DNA of 64,000 bases from Tepidisphaera sp. (GTDB lineage Bacteria > Planctomycetota > Phycisphaerae > Phycisphaerales > UBA1924): contig CP051526.1 of NCBI GenBank assembly GCA_050916045.1, positions 3,712,001 through 3,776,000 of the forward strand, read 5' to 3'. The notes below the pieces were generated by a model. It worked only from the letters and a program-made list of their open reading frames with translations, was not told where the DNA came from and made no database searches. Below are positions 53,701 to 62,510 of this stretch, piece after piece. Numbering within the stretch: the stretch's first letter is position 1; each line of letters opens with the position of its first letter. The position numbers and the translations under genes were made by a program.

Positions 53701-55006
53701 CCAGCACGTTGCGACTCACCAGGCCGCGGGGGTCCGTCGTCTCCAGGACGGTGCCGTTGGCGTTGTACGACATCGACGTCACGAGGACCGTGTCGGAGCG
53801 TGATGGGGCGCTACCGGGCCGAGTGAACGTCGCGCCGTTCCCCGCCGCTCCCGAAGAGGTTGAATTGGAGCCGAACGCGGCCGAGGCGATGGGACGCCGA
53901 AGGTCGTCGTACCACGTGGCACTGATGCTCACACGCGTCGTTGTGTAGTCGACGTTGGAGCCGCCGCTCGCGACCGTCAACGTCGTCAGGTCGGCGTCGC
54001 CGTTGCCGTCACGAGCTCCGGTCGTTGTGGTATCGTCGTGAGCCCGCTGGAGCGCGACCGTAAAGAGCGTCAGTCCCGAAGCGGTGTCGTAGATCGTTTG
54101 CCTCTCTTCAAGCACCAGATCGCCGGTGACGGTACCCGCCTGGGCGATGTCCGTATCCGATTCCGTCCCCGTTCCCGCATTGTCCTGGAGCTTGGCGATC
54201 GTGAACTGCCGATACGGCCGGCTTTGCCGGTCGTAGAAAGTCTTGCTGATCGAAGAGCCTCTTGACTTGATCGTCCGCCCGACCACGTCGTGCCACGTGT
54301 CGCTGACAAGTGTGGCCGCGCTCGCGCCTGTGGATACCGTGATCTTGTGAGAAGTGGTGCTGTAGACCCGTCCCGCTTCGTCGTACGCCGTCTCGCTGAG
54401 TGACAGTCGGTTGGTCGTGACGCTTGTGGGATCCGTGGTCGCCGACAAGCCGCTCGACGAGCTGTATGTACCTGACGCGATCACGCGACCCGCTGAGTCA
54501 TACTTCACGACGGAGTGCGGCGACTGCGGGTCGATTGTCAGCACCTGCCGATCGCGCGTGTCGTACTGGTAGCTTGTGACCCTCGTTCCGGTCGCACCGT
54601 CTGGGTAACGCGTGATCTGCGTGAGAAGCGAGTTACCACCGCTGTTTCCGCCGTCGTAAACCATCGACTCGGTCTTCACCATGTTGCTCGTGCCGGACAT
54701 GGGGCTTCCAGCAAGTCCGGAATCGTCCGTGCCCACCCAACGCTCGGTTGTGCGGCCCAGCGTGTCGTAGACCGACCGGGTGATCGTTCCGGTGGGCTCG
54801 ACTGCCCGGAGCACGCGACCCATCTCGTCGTAACCCACCCAAGCGGTCGCATTCTCACAGAAGCTCTCCGAGATCCAGCGCCTCCAGCCCCAGCGGCAGA
54901 CGGCGCTGCTCGCTTCCAAGGGCTTACCGGCTCGATCGTTGTTTGACCAGACATTTAATTGAATGGATCCGAGCTTGAAGCGTTTGGTTGGCTGTGTAGG
55001 CGACAT
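50711..55006 (-). CDS. Rhs/YD-repeat polymorphic toxin, 5'-truncated and fused; HExxH toxin tip
   Basis: YD repeats, core YAGY..RNREF..RDP..DGSNLYGYVNTNPVLLRDADG, tip HELTH; AAGGGAG RBS before ATG 55006. Confidence 0.9.
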   Translation of the reverse strand: MSPTQPTKRFKLGSIQLNVWSNNDRAGKPLEASSAVCRWGWRRWISESFCENATAWVGYDEMGRVLRAVEPTGTITRSVYDTLGRTTERWVGTDDSGLAGSPMSGTSNMVKTESMVYDGGNSGGNSLLTQITRYPDGATGTRVTSYQYDTRDRQVLTIDPQSPHSVVKYDSAGRVIASGTYSSSSGLSATTDPTSVTTNRLSLSETAYDEAGRVYSTTSHKITVSTGASAATLVSDTWHDVVGRTIKSRGSSISKTFYDRQSRPYRQFTIAKLQDNAGTGTESDTDIAQAGTVTGDLVLEERQTIYDTASGLTLFTVALQRAHDDTTTTGARDGNGDADLTTLTVASGGSNVDYTTTRVSISATWYDDLRRPIASAAFGSNSTSSGAAGNGATFTRPGSAPSRSDTVLVTSMSYNANGTVLETTDPRGLVSRNVLDDAGRTVKTIRNYTDGTPGGGTNNDQDQTIEYGFSKGLMTTYTAKMPGGTDQVTTYIYGTTKGATAGLSAIATGHLLRATKYPDSSNGGTTVANIDSTDTDLVSVAYNALGQEIRRKDQAGNVTETTYDTGGRPTIRAVTTLASGFDGAVRRVQMDYTSKGQPNLITQYDAASSGNVTDEVQYLYDDWGNATNFRQDKDGTVAGGGYREVAYTYSSSPYQATGGAQAVRLETITLPGGKDIDLSYGTATGIDDCVSRVASVKDVLVRSPLSTITLANYDYFGSGTLVGTELPQPAAESMLYGAGTANYDRLDLFNRVIESRWTRTNGSQIYYVKLGYDRDSNIVTAEDEILPGYDAKYDMDGLNRLIVADEGTLSSGTIGSRTRKETWTLNQVGGWSTFTSDLNGDGSFTSPAFGPSDEKNETRTFNTVNEMATRVNNSVTKNPAYNANGQQTDDGVNYTYEWDAFGRLRKVKNRSNSALVVEYTYNGLNHQIGRHADLDADGDVDSTDMWEWTVYDPRWRRVATYMVAGGSTFTGAVDSNPRERYVHHASGRNGMGSYIDSVILRDRDQTGSNNSSADATMEQRLYYGQNWRADVSVTMTETGRILERIKYSAYGVAMRVPVTDFNLDGFVDAFDDIAYDDCYTGVSCPSGQTADMNLDGFVDSFDYDEWDLTFSEQGSTARGVLSQSSGSAAVNRLGYAGYWFEPSTQQYLVRNREFEPLAGIWSERDPLEYVDGSNLYGYVNTNPVLLRDADGLISRSPCIGGCTATNDPRATPAGEVRNDLCLLEQARNSKGCPRVVRDAYKDTRVLAIREDLKRACNQPDLEHGHCAAVLCLPCNDNDCLSRNVRTIAGIMGVTRCTRVAGRNCPLVVLCTDREPITPPEHYDNTVRLLVHELTHARQCCENGPPVYCGDLICNEIEAYCADANPAGICNIDDATGTLTQMSQLCTAACGSVVHPRCPSSDCHATCLRLLENSRTPSNRIPRCHRGRVILS

Positions 55007-55625
55007 GAAGTGCTCCCTTGTTGTGGTTGACGTTGGTCGGCCACGGGCGATCGAGGAGCGCAAGCCAGTCACGCGCATGCCGCCACGAGCGGGTGCAACC
55101 CGCCGGGGTCTGCCGTCTGCACAAGGCGAAGCCGCGGAAGATGGACGGCCGCTTGACGGGCGAGCATCCGAGATCAAGACCAACGCGCACGTCAACCCGC
55201 AAGGGTCACGAGTTCGCCACGACTTCAAGAGCGTTTTTCAAGGAAGGTCTAGCGAGGAATCTGGTCCGGATCGTTCAGACGGTAACTGGTGCTGCGACCG
55301 CCATCGAACACCGACAAGAGCTATTCATGACCGCCTGCAGCACGGGGTGCTTTCGCACCAACGCTCATTTCGAGCAGGATTCTGGCCCCACCGACTGCCG
55401 AACGCCACCCAGGTAGTACCGATGATCGGTCGTCTTGTTCTTCCACCGCCGCGAGTAGCAGACACTCCTGCACACAACGCAGAAACCGTAGCGAGTAAAG
55501 GCGGAAAGTTCTGCCGTCCCCGAGGGCGATCAAGGCTGCTGGTCGCAGGTTGCTCTTGAGCCTGCCGACACGTGCGGTCACGCTCGAGCAACGCATCGGC
55601 CACCGTGCCGTCAGCTCCTCAGACG

Positions 55626-55832
55626 ATGACTCGTGAAGAGATTGCCGCGATTATCGCTAAGTTGACCGAGCCCAACCAGATTCGACGTTTCAACAAGCTC
55701 GTCGACCCGGACGAGGGCATGCTGGAATCGCTTCGGAGCTTTTTTAAGGCGGAGGTTTGGACGCCAGAGGAAGTGAAGCGGTGGGACGCGTGGGCGGCTC
55801 GCATGGCAGGATGCGATATCCGACACGGGTGA
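55626..55832 (+). CDS. Small hypothetical protein
   Basis: 68-aa protein-like ORF MTREEIAAIIAKL... Confidence 0.45.
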   Translation: MTREEIAAIIAKLTEPNQIRRFNKLVDPDEGMLESLRSFFKAEVWTPEEVKRWDAWAARMAGCDIRHG

Positions 55833-55845
55833 TTGACTTGGTCCC

Positions 55846-57657
55846 TCACTGACTCACCAAGTTCCGCAAATTGGCTGCGATTTGCTGTCTTGCCGCGGCC
55901 GCGTCAATTGACCAGATTCTTCCGAGCAACTCCACCGCGAGCGCGGTGTCCGGAGGTGTCGCAGGTCTCTGCCCCCGTTTGACGAAGGGACCATCCGTCT
56001 CGGTCAGCACCTTGTCCATACGCCCTGCGAGTGCCTCAAACACAGCACTCGCGTCAGCAGGCGAAAGTGTGGAGGCACGTGTGAAGCCTGTCCTTCGTTC
56101 CGCGTCGCTCGGGCTGAGGATCTTCTTGAGTAAATCCTGGGCCGCCGGACTCATCCGCTGCGTCGCCTGGCCCAACGGCCCGAGCGTATCACGGGAGAAG
56201 TAGAAATATGGCCGGAGGTCGACTGCGGCGAGGGCAGGTTCGGATCTCGACCATGCGATTACCCACGGATCGAGTAGCCACAGCGGGAGGTCTGGTGGCT
56301 CATCTTCGATTGGCGCAGCCGCTTGCAGGGCCTTGGCACCAGTGCCGGATTTGGCGGGTGCGGACTTAGATGCAGTCTCCTCCCGGTATCGTTTCTCGGC
56401 GTCTGCGAGAGCCCGTGGCTTCCCGTCTTCTTCGGCCTGGGCCGCCGCCAGTTGGCGGAAGGACTCGGTCCTGTAGTACTCGAGCAGCATGAGTTTCGCG
56501 AGCACGCGAGGCTTGAGGTCTTTGACGCCCCGGGACTGTGCCATGGCGAGCCTGATGCTCATCATGTTCATGAACCGCTTACACTGGCGAGGATTCCCCG
56601 TTGTCTCCGCGGCGAGAATCGGAGCAATCCGCTCAGCGAGAAAGAGGTCTTCGGCGAAGTCGCCTTCGACCTTTCCGAGCACCTTGGTGGCGACATCGAG
56701 AGTGAAACGCAAGCTGTGAAGCGTTGCTGGATCGCACTCTATCGCAGCCTGGCGCATCTCCCCGAACTGCTCGAGCGTAACGCCACGGAGGGCGAAAAGG
56801 AGGGAGACATATTTCTCCGTCTCGACACGGCCCAGCGGCGGGATGCGGATGGGGAACTGGATGAGCTTTTCGAGATAGTCACGGCCCACCTCCGTCCGCT
56901 CGCCCGGGAGTTCGGGGAATCTCCTACGGACCGCATACTTCACGAGGCGCTCGTCCGCCCCGATGATGAATGCCGTTTTTTCGACGAAGAGAAAGAGCTT
57001 GATCGCTTCAAGGGTTTCGATGATTGTCTCGGGCAGGCACCGATCGAGGTCGTCGATGACCACGACGAGACGCTTCCGCTTGGTCTGCGAAAGGAGCTTG
57101 GCAAAATCGTCCCGAAACTCCCGTACACTTCTGCGCTCTTCGTGCTCCGGACTCTCCTTGAGGTACTTGGCGAGGTCTTCCTCTTTCAAGTCCTCAGCCT
57201 TCGCGACAAGGTCTTTTCCTATCGCCGCCATGTCTGACCCGATGGCGAGTCCGAGCCCCGCCGGTCCGGCGACAGCGAAGCCCGCTCCCGCTTTCGCGAC
57301 CGTTCCCGCCACGCGCCACCAGTTAACGCGGCGGAGGAGTTTGAGAGCGAGCCCCTTCGCCTGAGGGATGAGTGTCTTATCTTCTGCAAGCGCGTCGAGG
57401 ATGTTCCCCATGAGGGCCGTCTTTGCGTCGCCATAGCCCTCAAAGAGCCATCCGTTGAAGGTTAGAACAAGGTTTGCCCCGTCTTTCTTCAATTCCTCGG
57501 CGGTCATTTTGAGAAGGCTCGACTTGCCGCTTCCCCAGTCACCGAAGACTCCGATCGTTGCGGGGAGGAGAGAGTCGTTGTGTACGATCGACAGGACGCC
57601 AGCCACGAGGTGCTGGAAACCCAGAAGATCTGCGTCTGCCTCGTTATCTGACCACAT
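55846..57657 (-). CDS. qatA: KAP-family P-loop NTPase (QatA-like) fused to a TatD/QatD-like C-terminal fragment
   Basis: GDWGSGKS, IDDLDRC, DYLEKLIQ, GNPRQCKRF, LAKLMLLE, DLRPY; last 57 aa MDKVLTETDGPF...W...NL. Confidence 0.75.
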   Translation of the reverse strand: MWSDNEADADLLGFQHLVAGVLSIVHNDSLLPATIGVFGDWGSGKSSLLKMTAEELKKDGANLVLTFNGWLFEGYGDAKTALMGNILDALAEDKTLIPQAKGLALKLLRRVNWWRVAGTVAKAGAGFAVAGPAGLGLAIGSDMAAIGKDLVAKAEDLKEEDLAKYLKESPEHEERRSVREFRDDFAKLLSQTKRKRLVVVIDDLDRCLPETIIETLEAIKLFLFVEKTAFIIGADERLVKYAVRRRFPELPGERTEVGRDYLEKLIQFPIRIPPLGRVETEKYVSLLFALRGVTLEQFGEMRQAAIECDPATLHSLRFTLDVATKVLGKVEGDFAEDLFLAERIAPILAAETTGNPRQCKRFMNMMSIRLAMAQSRGVKDLKPRVLAKLMLLEYYRTESFRQLAAAQAEEDGKPRALADAEKRYREETASKSAPAKSGTGAKALQAAAPIEDEPPDLPLWLLDPWVIAWSRSEPALAAVDLRPYFYFSRDTLGPLGQATQRMSPAAQDLLKKILSPSDAERRTGFTRASTLSPADASAVFEALAGRMDKVLTETDGPFVKRGQRPATPPDTALAVELLGRIWSIDAAAARQQIAANLRNLVSQ

Positions 57658-58268
57658 GAACGAGCACCCAGATGATGACGATTTGGCTTGACCTCAAGGC
57701 CCAAGACCAGTAATCGGTCCCCCTACTTTAGGCCGAACAACCCGGTCCGGCGCAAGCAAAGCTCGGTTGTAGCCATCACATGCGAGACATCCAGTCCCCT
57801 GATCAACGCTATCTCAGGAGGTCAGATTTCGTAGTCGCGATCGACTTTGATGAGCGCCAGCGGGGAATGCCGACGCTGACCCCATGGGCACTTGGGTTCT
57901 GTTGTCCTGGTACGAGGGATTTCGCGAAGAGGGCTTTGAATGGCAATCCAAACGGAGAAAGTGTCGGAGTTGAAGAGCACGCCCGTCGACGATTACGTTC
58001 CCTCGTCAACTCGGTCCAAGCCGAGCCATAGTCAAAGGCCTGGGTCAGGAAGATCAAGATCTCGCACGGTCAAGCAAATTCGACGCAAGTTCTGCGGCGA
58101 ATACCGGCTCGATTCACCGCACGATCAGCGGCATCGCCGCAACACGTCAGCGAGTTTTTTGGTGATGGCGCGTTGCTGATCAACTGACAAGGGGACAGGA
58201 CAGGACCTTATCCAAACATCCACCTTGTCGAGGGTCAGAAGACCTGCCGCATCCGCTGGAAAGTCCTG

Positions 58269-58287
58269 TGCACCGGATTCTGCACCG
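58269..58287 (+). repeat. Putative integrase arm-type site, right
   Basis: TGCACCGGATTCTGCACCG. Confidence 0.75.
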
Positions 58288-58330
58288 TCTGTTCTGCGGA
58301 TCGACTGATTTCCCGTGGAATCTGACGCGT

Positions 58331-58354
58331 GTTCGAATCCCATCGGGGTCATTT
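58331..58354 (+). repeat. att core, right copy (duplicated tRNA-Glu 3' end)
   Basis: 24/24 match to 46053-46076. Confidence 0.95.
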
Positions 58355-58358
58355 CCCA

Positions 58359-58395
58359 ATCGCCCGGCACGGACCTGCCGGGCGATGTTGTTTTT
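58359..58395 (+). terminator. Terminator, probably the original tRNA-Glu terminator displaced by the island
   Basis: ATCGCCCGGCA-cggacc-TGCCGGGCGAT followed by GTTGTTTTT, right after the att copy. Confidence 0.7.
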
Positions 58396-58409
58396 GCGGC
58401 CAGCCCGCT

Positions 58410-59282
58410 TCACACATCGCAGATCTCAAACGCCTCCCGCAGCGACGTCATCCCGTCCCGCTTGGGCATGAATTCCTGTCCGAGGAACCCCTTGAATCCG
58501 GTCGCGACGATCGCCGAGCAGATGCCCTTGTAGTTGAGCTCCTGCGTGTCGTCGAGTTCGTTGCGGCCGGGGTTGCCGGCGGTGTGGTAGTGGCCGATGG
58601 CTTTGTGGTGCTTCTGGATGGTGGCGATGACGTCGCCCTCCATGATCTGCATGTGGTAGATGTCATAGAGCAGCTTGAACCGATCAGAACCGACCTCGTT
58701 CACGAGGTCGACGCCCCAGGGCGTGCGGTCGCACTGGTAGTCGCCGTGGTCACGTTTGGAATTGAGAAGCTCCATGATGATCGTGACGCCGAGCTTCTCC
58801 GCCAGCGGCGTGATCCGCTTGAGCCCCTTCGCGCAGTTCTTGAGGCCTTCCTTGTCGTCCAAGCCGGCGCGATTGCCGGAAAAGCAGATCTGATTGGGGA
58901 TGCCGGCTTCCTTGACGAGCGGCAGGCGTTCCTCCAGCTCCTTGATGATCGCGTCGTGGTTCTCGACGCGGTTAAAGCCCTTCTGGATCGGGTTGCTCTT
59001 GACCATGTTCCCGACGGCGCACGTCAAGCCCGCTTTCGCGACAACCGGCCAGTCCTGCGGGTCCAGAAGCTCGATCGACTGGTAGCCCATGCCCTTCGCC
59101 GCGGTGGCGAGGTCCTCGAGCTTCATCCCGCCAAAGCACCAGCGGCAGACCGACTGCTTGAGGTTGCCCTTCACGGCGGGGGGCTTCTCACCCTGCGGTG
59201 CGCCCGACAAAGCTCGACCCTGAGCGGCGGTCACGGTGACTCCGGCTGCGGCGGCGGCCGCGAAGAAATGACGACGGTTCAT
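58410..59282 (-). CDS. Hydroxypyruvate isomerase-like TIM barrel protein with Tat signal
   Basis: MNRRHFF, MELLNSK, LLYDIYHMQIMEGD, HTAGNPGRNE. Confidence 0.88.
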   Translation of the reverse strand: MNRRHFFAAAAAAGVTVTAAQGRALSGAPQGEKPPAVKGNLKQSVCRWCFGGMKLEDLATAAKGMGYQSIELLDPQDWPVVAKAGLTCAVGNMVKSNPIQKGFNRVENHDAIIKELEERLPLVKEAGIPNQICFSGNRAGLDDKEGLKNCAKGLKRITPLAEKLGVTIIMELLNSKRDHGDYQCDRTPWGVDLVNEVGSDRFKLLYDIYHMQIMEGDVIATIQKHHKAIGHYHTAGNPGRNELDDTQELNYKGICSAIVATGFKGFLGQEFMPKRDGMTSLREAFEICDV

Positions 59283-59339
59283 GGCAGTGCCTCCTCGATC
59301 GGTCGGCTTCAGCATACCAGAACCAAGCCCTTCCCGCGA

Positions 59340-59813
59340 TCAAAGCCAGCGCACGCACACCACCCCGCCGATGATCAAAAGCACCCCGATGATCTTGCCA
59401 GGCGTCACCGCGTGCACCGGAAGCCCGACGTGGCCGAAGTGGTCGATGATGAGGGAAGCCACAAACTGACCGGCGAGCATCGCGGCCAGATAACTCGTCG
59501 CGCCCATCTTCGGCACCAAAATCAGCGACAGCGTCACGAAAAACGCGCCGCAGAGCCCGCCGATCCACATCCACCACGGCCCCTGCGAAAGGCGCTGCAG
59601 GTCCGGCGTGCCCGCCCGCATCAGCACAGCAACAAGGACCATCGCGACCAGCCCCACCGCGAAGTTGAGCACCCCGCCGTGGATCTTGGATCCCGCATGC
59701 TCGGCAAACCGGGCGTTGATCCCGGGCTGGTATGCGGTCGCGACGCCGCAAAGCACGGCAAGGACGACCTGGCTGATCGCCACAGAGAACGCTGGGTTGG
59801 CCGGGGTTGTCAT
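59340..59813 (-). CDS. DMT family transporter (YdcZ-like)
   Basis: QPGINA, PWWMWIGGLCG, GQ..ASL.IDHFG. Confidence 0.88.
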   Translation of the reverse strand: MTTPANPAFSVAISQVVLAVLCGVATAYQPGINARFAEHAGSKIHGGVLNFAVGLVAMVLVAVLMRAGTPDLQRLSQGPWWMWIGGLCGAFFVTLSLILVPKMGATSYLAAMLAGQFVASLIIDHFGHVGLPVHAVTPGKIIGVLLIIGGVVCVRWL

Positions 59814-59934
59814 CGGCCTGAGGGTATCGCCCCGGGAATTTGACGGAAGTTCCGGGAACCGCGCGGAAACACGAAAGGACCCGGCCGGCAGGGGATTGTC
59901 CCCAGGCGAGGAACGGAGTTCCCGGAGATTTCCC

Positions 59935-60357
59935 ATGGCACGCAGCGTCAGAAACAAAGCTACCACCCCGACGCGCCGGCGAGCGCTTACCAAAGGCCGC
60001 GTTCGGGCCAAGCGGAGCGTGATGCTCGCGTCCGTGGGTGGTCTAAGCGTTGTCTGTCTGTTCGGCTTGGCCGGGTGCGTGGCCGTCATGGCCGGTGCCG
60101 CGGCGGGCATGCTCGCTTCGCGGACAACGGTCGCCACCGCGGACCCGAACAACCCCTCCGCCCTCCCCCCCACCGCGACGGTGGGTGACAGTGTTGACCA
60201 ACTGGCGGACTCCGCCGGTCAGGTGCTCGCTCGCACCATTAAGGAACAGGTTCCACGAACGGTGCGCACGGTCCCGACGCCCGCAGCCGTCAAGCCCGCG
60301 CGGTCGTCGACCCTCGCGACCCCGGCCGCCAAGCCCGCCGACGACGCTTCGCGCTAA
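59935..60357 (+). CDS. Hypothetical membrane-anchored protein
   Basis: Basic N-terminus, one TM, P/T/A-rich tail. Confidence 0.5.
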   Translation: MARSVRNKATTPTRRRALTKGRVRAKRSVMLASVGGLSVVCLFGLAGCVAVMAGAAAGMLASRTTVATADPNNPSALPPTATVGDSVDQLADSAGQVLARTIKEQVPRTVRTVPTPAAVKPARSSTLATPAAKPADDASR

Positions 60358-60369
60358 AGCCGCGCCGGT

Positions 60370-61209
60370 TCACTCACCAGGAATGTACGAGATCGTGCCC
60401 TCCCACGGGCTGCTTGCGCTCGCGTAGAGCTTTTTCGGGATGCGCCCCGCGAGATAGCTTTGCCGGCCGGCAGTGCACGCGTGCCGCATGGCGTGGGCCA
60501 TCATCACCGGGTCCTTCGCATGGGCGATCGCAGTATTGAGAAGCACGCCGTCCGCGCCTAGTTCCATCGCGATGGAGACGTCGCTGGCCGAGCCGACGCC
60601 CGCATCGACGATCACCGGGTACGACGGGTCCCCCTGCTTGAGCAACTCCAAGCACAGGATGATGTTCGAGCGGTTGAGCACGCCTTGTCCGCTTCCGATC
60701 GGGCTGCCCGCGGGCATCACGCTCGCCGCGCCCGCTTCCTTGATGCGGAGGGCCGCGATGGGGTCATCGCTGGTGTACGCGAGGACCTTGAAGCCCTCCT
60801 TCACGAGGGTGCGAGTGGCTTCGATCGTGCCGGCGGGATCGGGGAGGAGCGTCTTCTTGTCGCCGAGCACTTCGAGCTTGACCCACGAGGCGCCGGGGTT
60901 GCCGAGCTGTTCGAGGAGGTCGCGTCCGAGCAGGGAGACACGGACGGCATCGTCGGCGGAGAAGCAGCCGGCGGTGTTGGGCAGGATGGTGTACCGCGAG
61001 AGGTCGATGAACTCCAGCAGACTTTTGCCTTGCTCGTTGAAGAGACGCTCGCGGCGGACGGCCACGGTGACGACCTGGCATCCCGAAGCGTCGAGGCTTT
61101 CCCGCATCAGCTCGGGGGTCTTGTACTTGCCGGTGCCGACGAAAAGACGGCTTGTGAACGACCGTCCCGCGATGGAGAATGGAGTCTGGCCGGGTTCGGT
61201 CGCGTGCAT
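60370..61209 (-). CDS. thiG: Thiazole synthase
   Basis: [40 protein letters not shown]. Confidence 0.96.
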   Translation of the reverse strand: MHATEPGQTPFSIAGRSFTSRLFVGTGKYKTPELMRESLDASGCQVVTVAVRRERLFNEQGKSLLEFIDLSRYTILPNTAGCFSADDAVRVSLLGRDLLEQLGNPGASWVKLEVLGDKKTLLPDPAGTIEATRTLVKEGFKVLAYTSDDPIAALRIKEAGAASVMPAGSPIGSGQGVLNRSNIILCLELLKQGDPSYPVIVDAGVGSASDVSIAMELGADGVLLNTAIAHAKDPVMMAHAMRHACTAGRQSYLAGRIPKKLYASASSPWEGTISYIPGE

Positions 61210-61259
61210 GCCCGAGGATATGCGCCGCTTGGTCGGGACAGACCGATTACACTCCGCCC

Positions 61260-62483
61260 GTGTTCATTCCGCTTGGAACCAGCGAAAGAGGCCGGACGGG
61301 CCGGAAGCGGCCCCCGATGGCGATCCCGGCGATCATCGCGCTGCAGGTGATCGTGTACGCGCTGATGCTGTCGCGGGGCGGGCAGGACCTGGAGACGCTG
61401 GACGGGATGCTCCGGCAATGGGGGTTTACCGGGTTGGACAAGCCGCTGGGGCTGGTGACGCACTCTTGGATCACCTTGGGGTTCTTCACGCTGATCGTGA
61501 ACGCGTTCTTTCTGGCTGCGATCGGGCTTGTGGTCGAGGAGCGGATCGGGGCAGTAGGGACCTTTCTGCTCTACCTCGCGGGCGGAGCGGGGTCCGGCCT
61601 TGCGCAGTGGGCGTTTTCCGGCGGGCTCGCGGGGGAAGCCGAGCGGGCGGGGAGCGGGATGCTGGCGATCGCGGGTCCGTTCGGGGCTTCGGCGGCGATC
61701 ACGGGGGCGTTTCTGGTGTTCGCGCCGGGGTCGCTGATCCGGATGCTGGTGATGTTCCCAGTCTTCGCGGTGTACGAGATTCCGGCGACGTGGTTTATCG
61801 CGGCGGCGGTGGCGAAGGATCTCTGGCTCGCGCCGGGCGGCATGGATCAGACGCTGGTGGGTTCGGGGTCGGGCATCGCGCTGGGCGCGGCGATCGCGAT
61901 GCTTCTGATCGTGGCCCGGGTGGTTCCCAAGCAGGACTTTGACCTCTTCCACGTGATCAGGCAGCGTCGCAGGCTCGCGCAGATCCGTGCGGCGTCGACC
62001 GACGTAGAGAACAGGCAAACCGAAGCACGCCGGCGGGCATCGGGCTTTGTGCCCGACCCGGTTCCGGAGGGGGAAGCGGCGCTGGCGCGGACGGAGTTCA
62101 CCGACCGGCTGGCGGCGGGCGATCTTGATGGGCTGGTCGCGGCGTTTCGCCGGTTCGCGGGGGTCACGGGAGAGCGGCCCCGGCCCTCGCTCAACCGCAG
62201 ATCGCACCTCGACGCCGCCAACACGCTTTTCGCGCGGGGCCGCAAGCTCGAAGCCGGAGAGCTTTACGCCCGGTTCCTCGAGGACTTCCCGGCGGACGCG
62301 GAAGCGTCGCACGTCAAGCTCATCCTCGCGGTGATCCATGCCCGGGTCGCCGGGCGGGCCCGTGACGCGGCGGCGCTCGTGGCCGGGCTTGAGAATCAGC
62401 TGACCGATGCGGACGATCTGGAGATCCTTGCGGACCTTCGCCGGGAGCTTGCGGGGTCGGCGAACGGACCGGCGGGCGGGTAG
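61260..62483 (+). CDS. Rhomboid-like membrane protein (probably inactive) with C-terminal TPR-like domain
   Basis: [25 protein letters not shown]; canonical His residues absent. Confidence 0.75.
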   Translation: MFIPLGTSERGRTGRKRPPMAIPAIIALQVIVYALMLSRGGQDLETLDGMLRQWGFTGLDKPLGLVTHSWITLGFFTLIVNAFFLAAIGLVVEERIGAVGTFLLYLAGGAGSGLAQWAFSGGLAGEAERAGSGMLAIAGPFGASAAITGAFLVFAPGSLIRMLVMFPVFAVYEIPATWFIAAAVAKDLWLAPGGMDQTLVGSGSGIALGAAIAMLLIVARVVPKQDFDLFHVIRQRRRLAQIRAASTDVENRQTEARRRASGFVPDPVPEGEAALARTEFTDRLAAGDLDGLVAAFRRFAGVTGERPRPSLNRRSHLDAANTLFARGRKLEAGELYARFLEDFPADAEASHVKLILAVIHARVAGRARDAAALVAGLENQLTDADDLEILADLRRELAGSANGPAGG

Positions 62484-62510
62484 CGGGTTTCCAACACGAA
62501 AGGCGGACCG

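Larger units (their letters stand above)
46053..58354. mobile_element. tRNA-Glu-integrated genomic island (degenerate ICE/IME)
   Basis: 24-bp direct repeat at both ends, integrase catalytic domain, coupling-protein domain, Rhs and defence cargo, AT-richer segments. Confidence 0.92.

Noticed and set aside
55007..55228. Extended Rhs start at 55228
   Set aside because: Arg/Pro-rich non-coding-like translation; a good RBS precedes ATG 55006
57700..58120. Short ORFs between the QatA-like gene and the right att site
   Set aside because: No consistent frame or motif; probably degraded sequence
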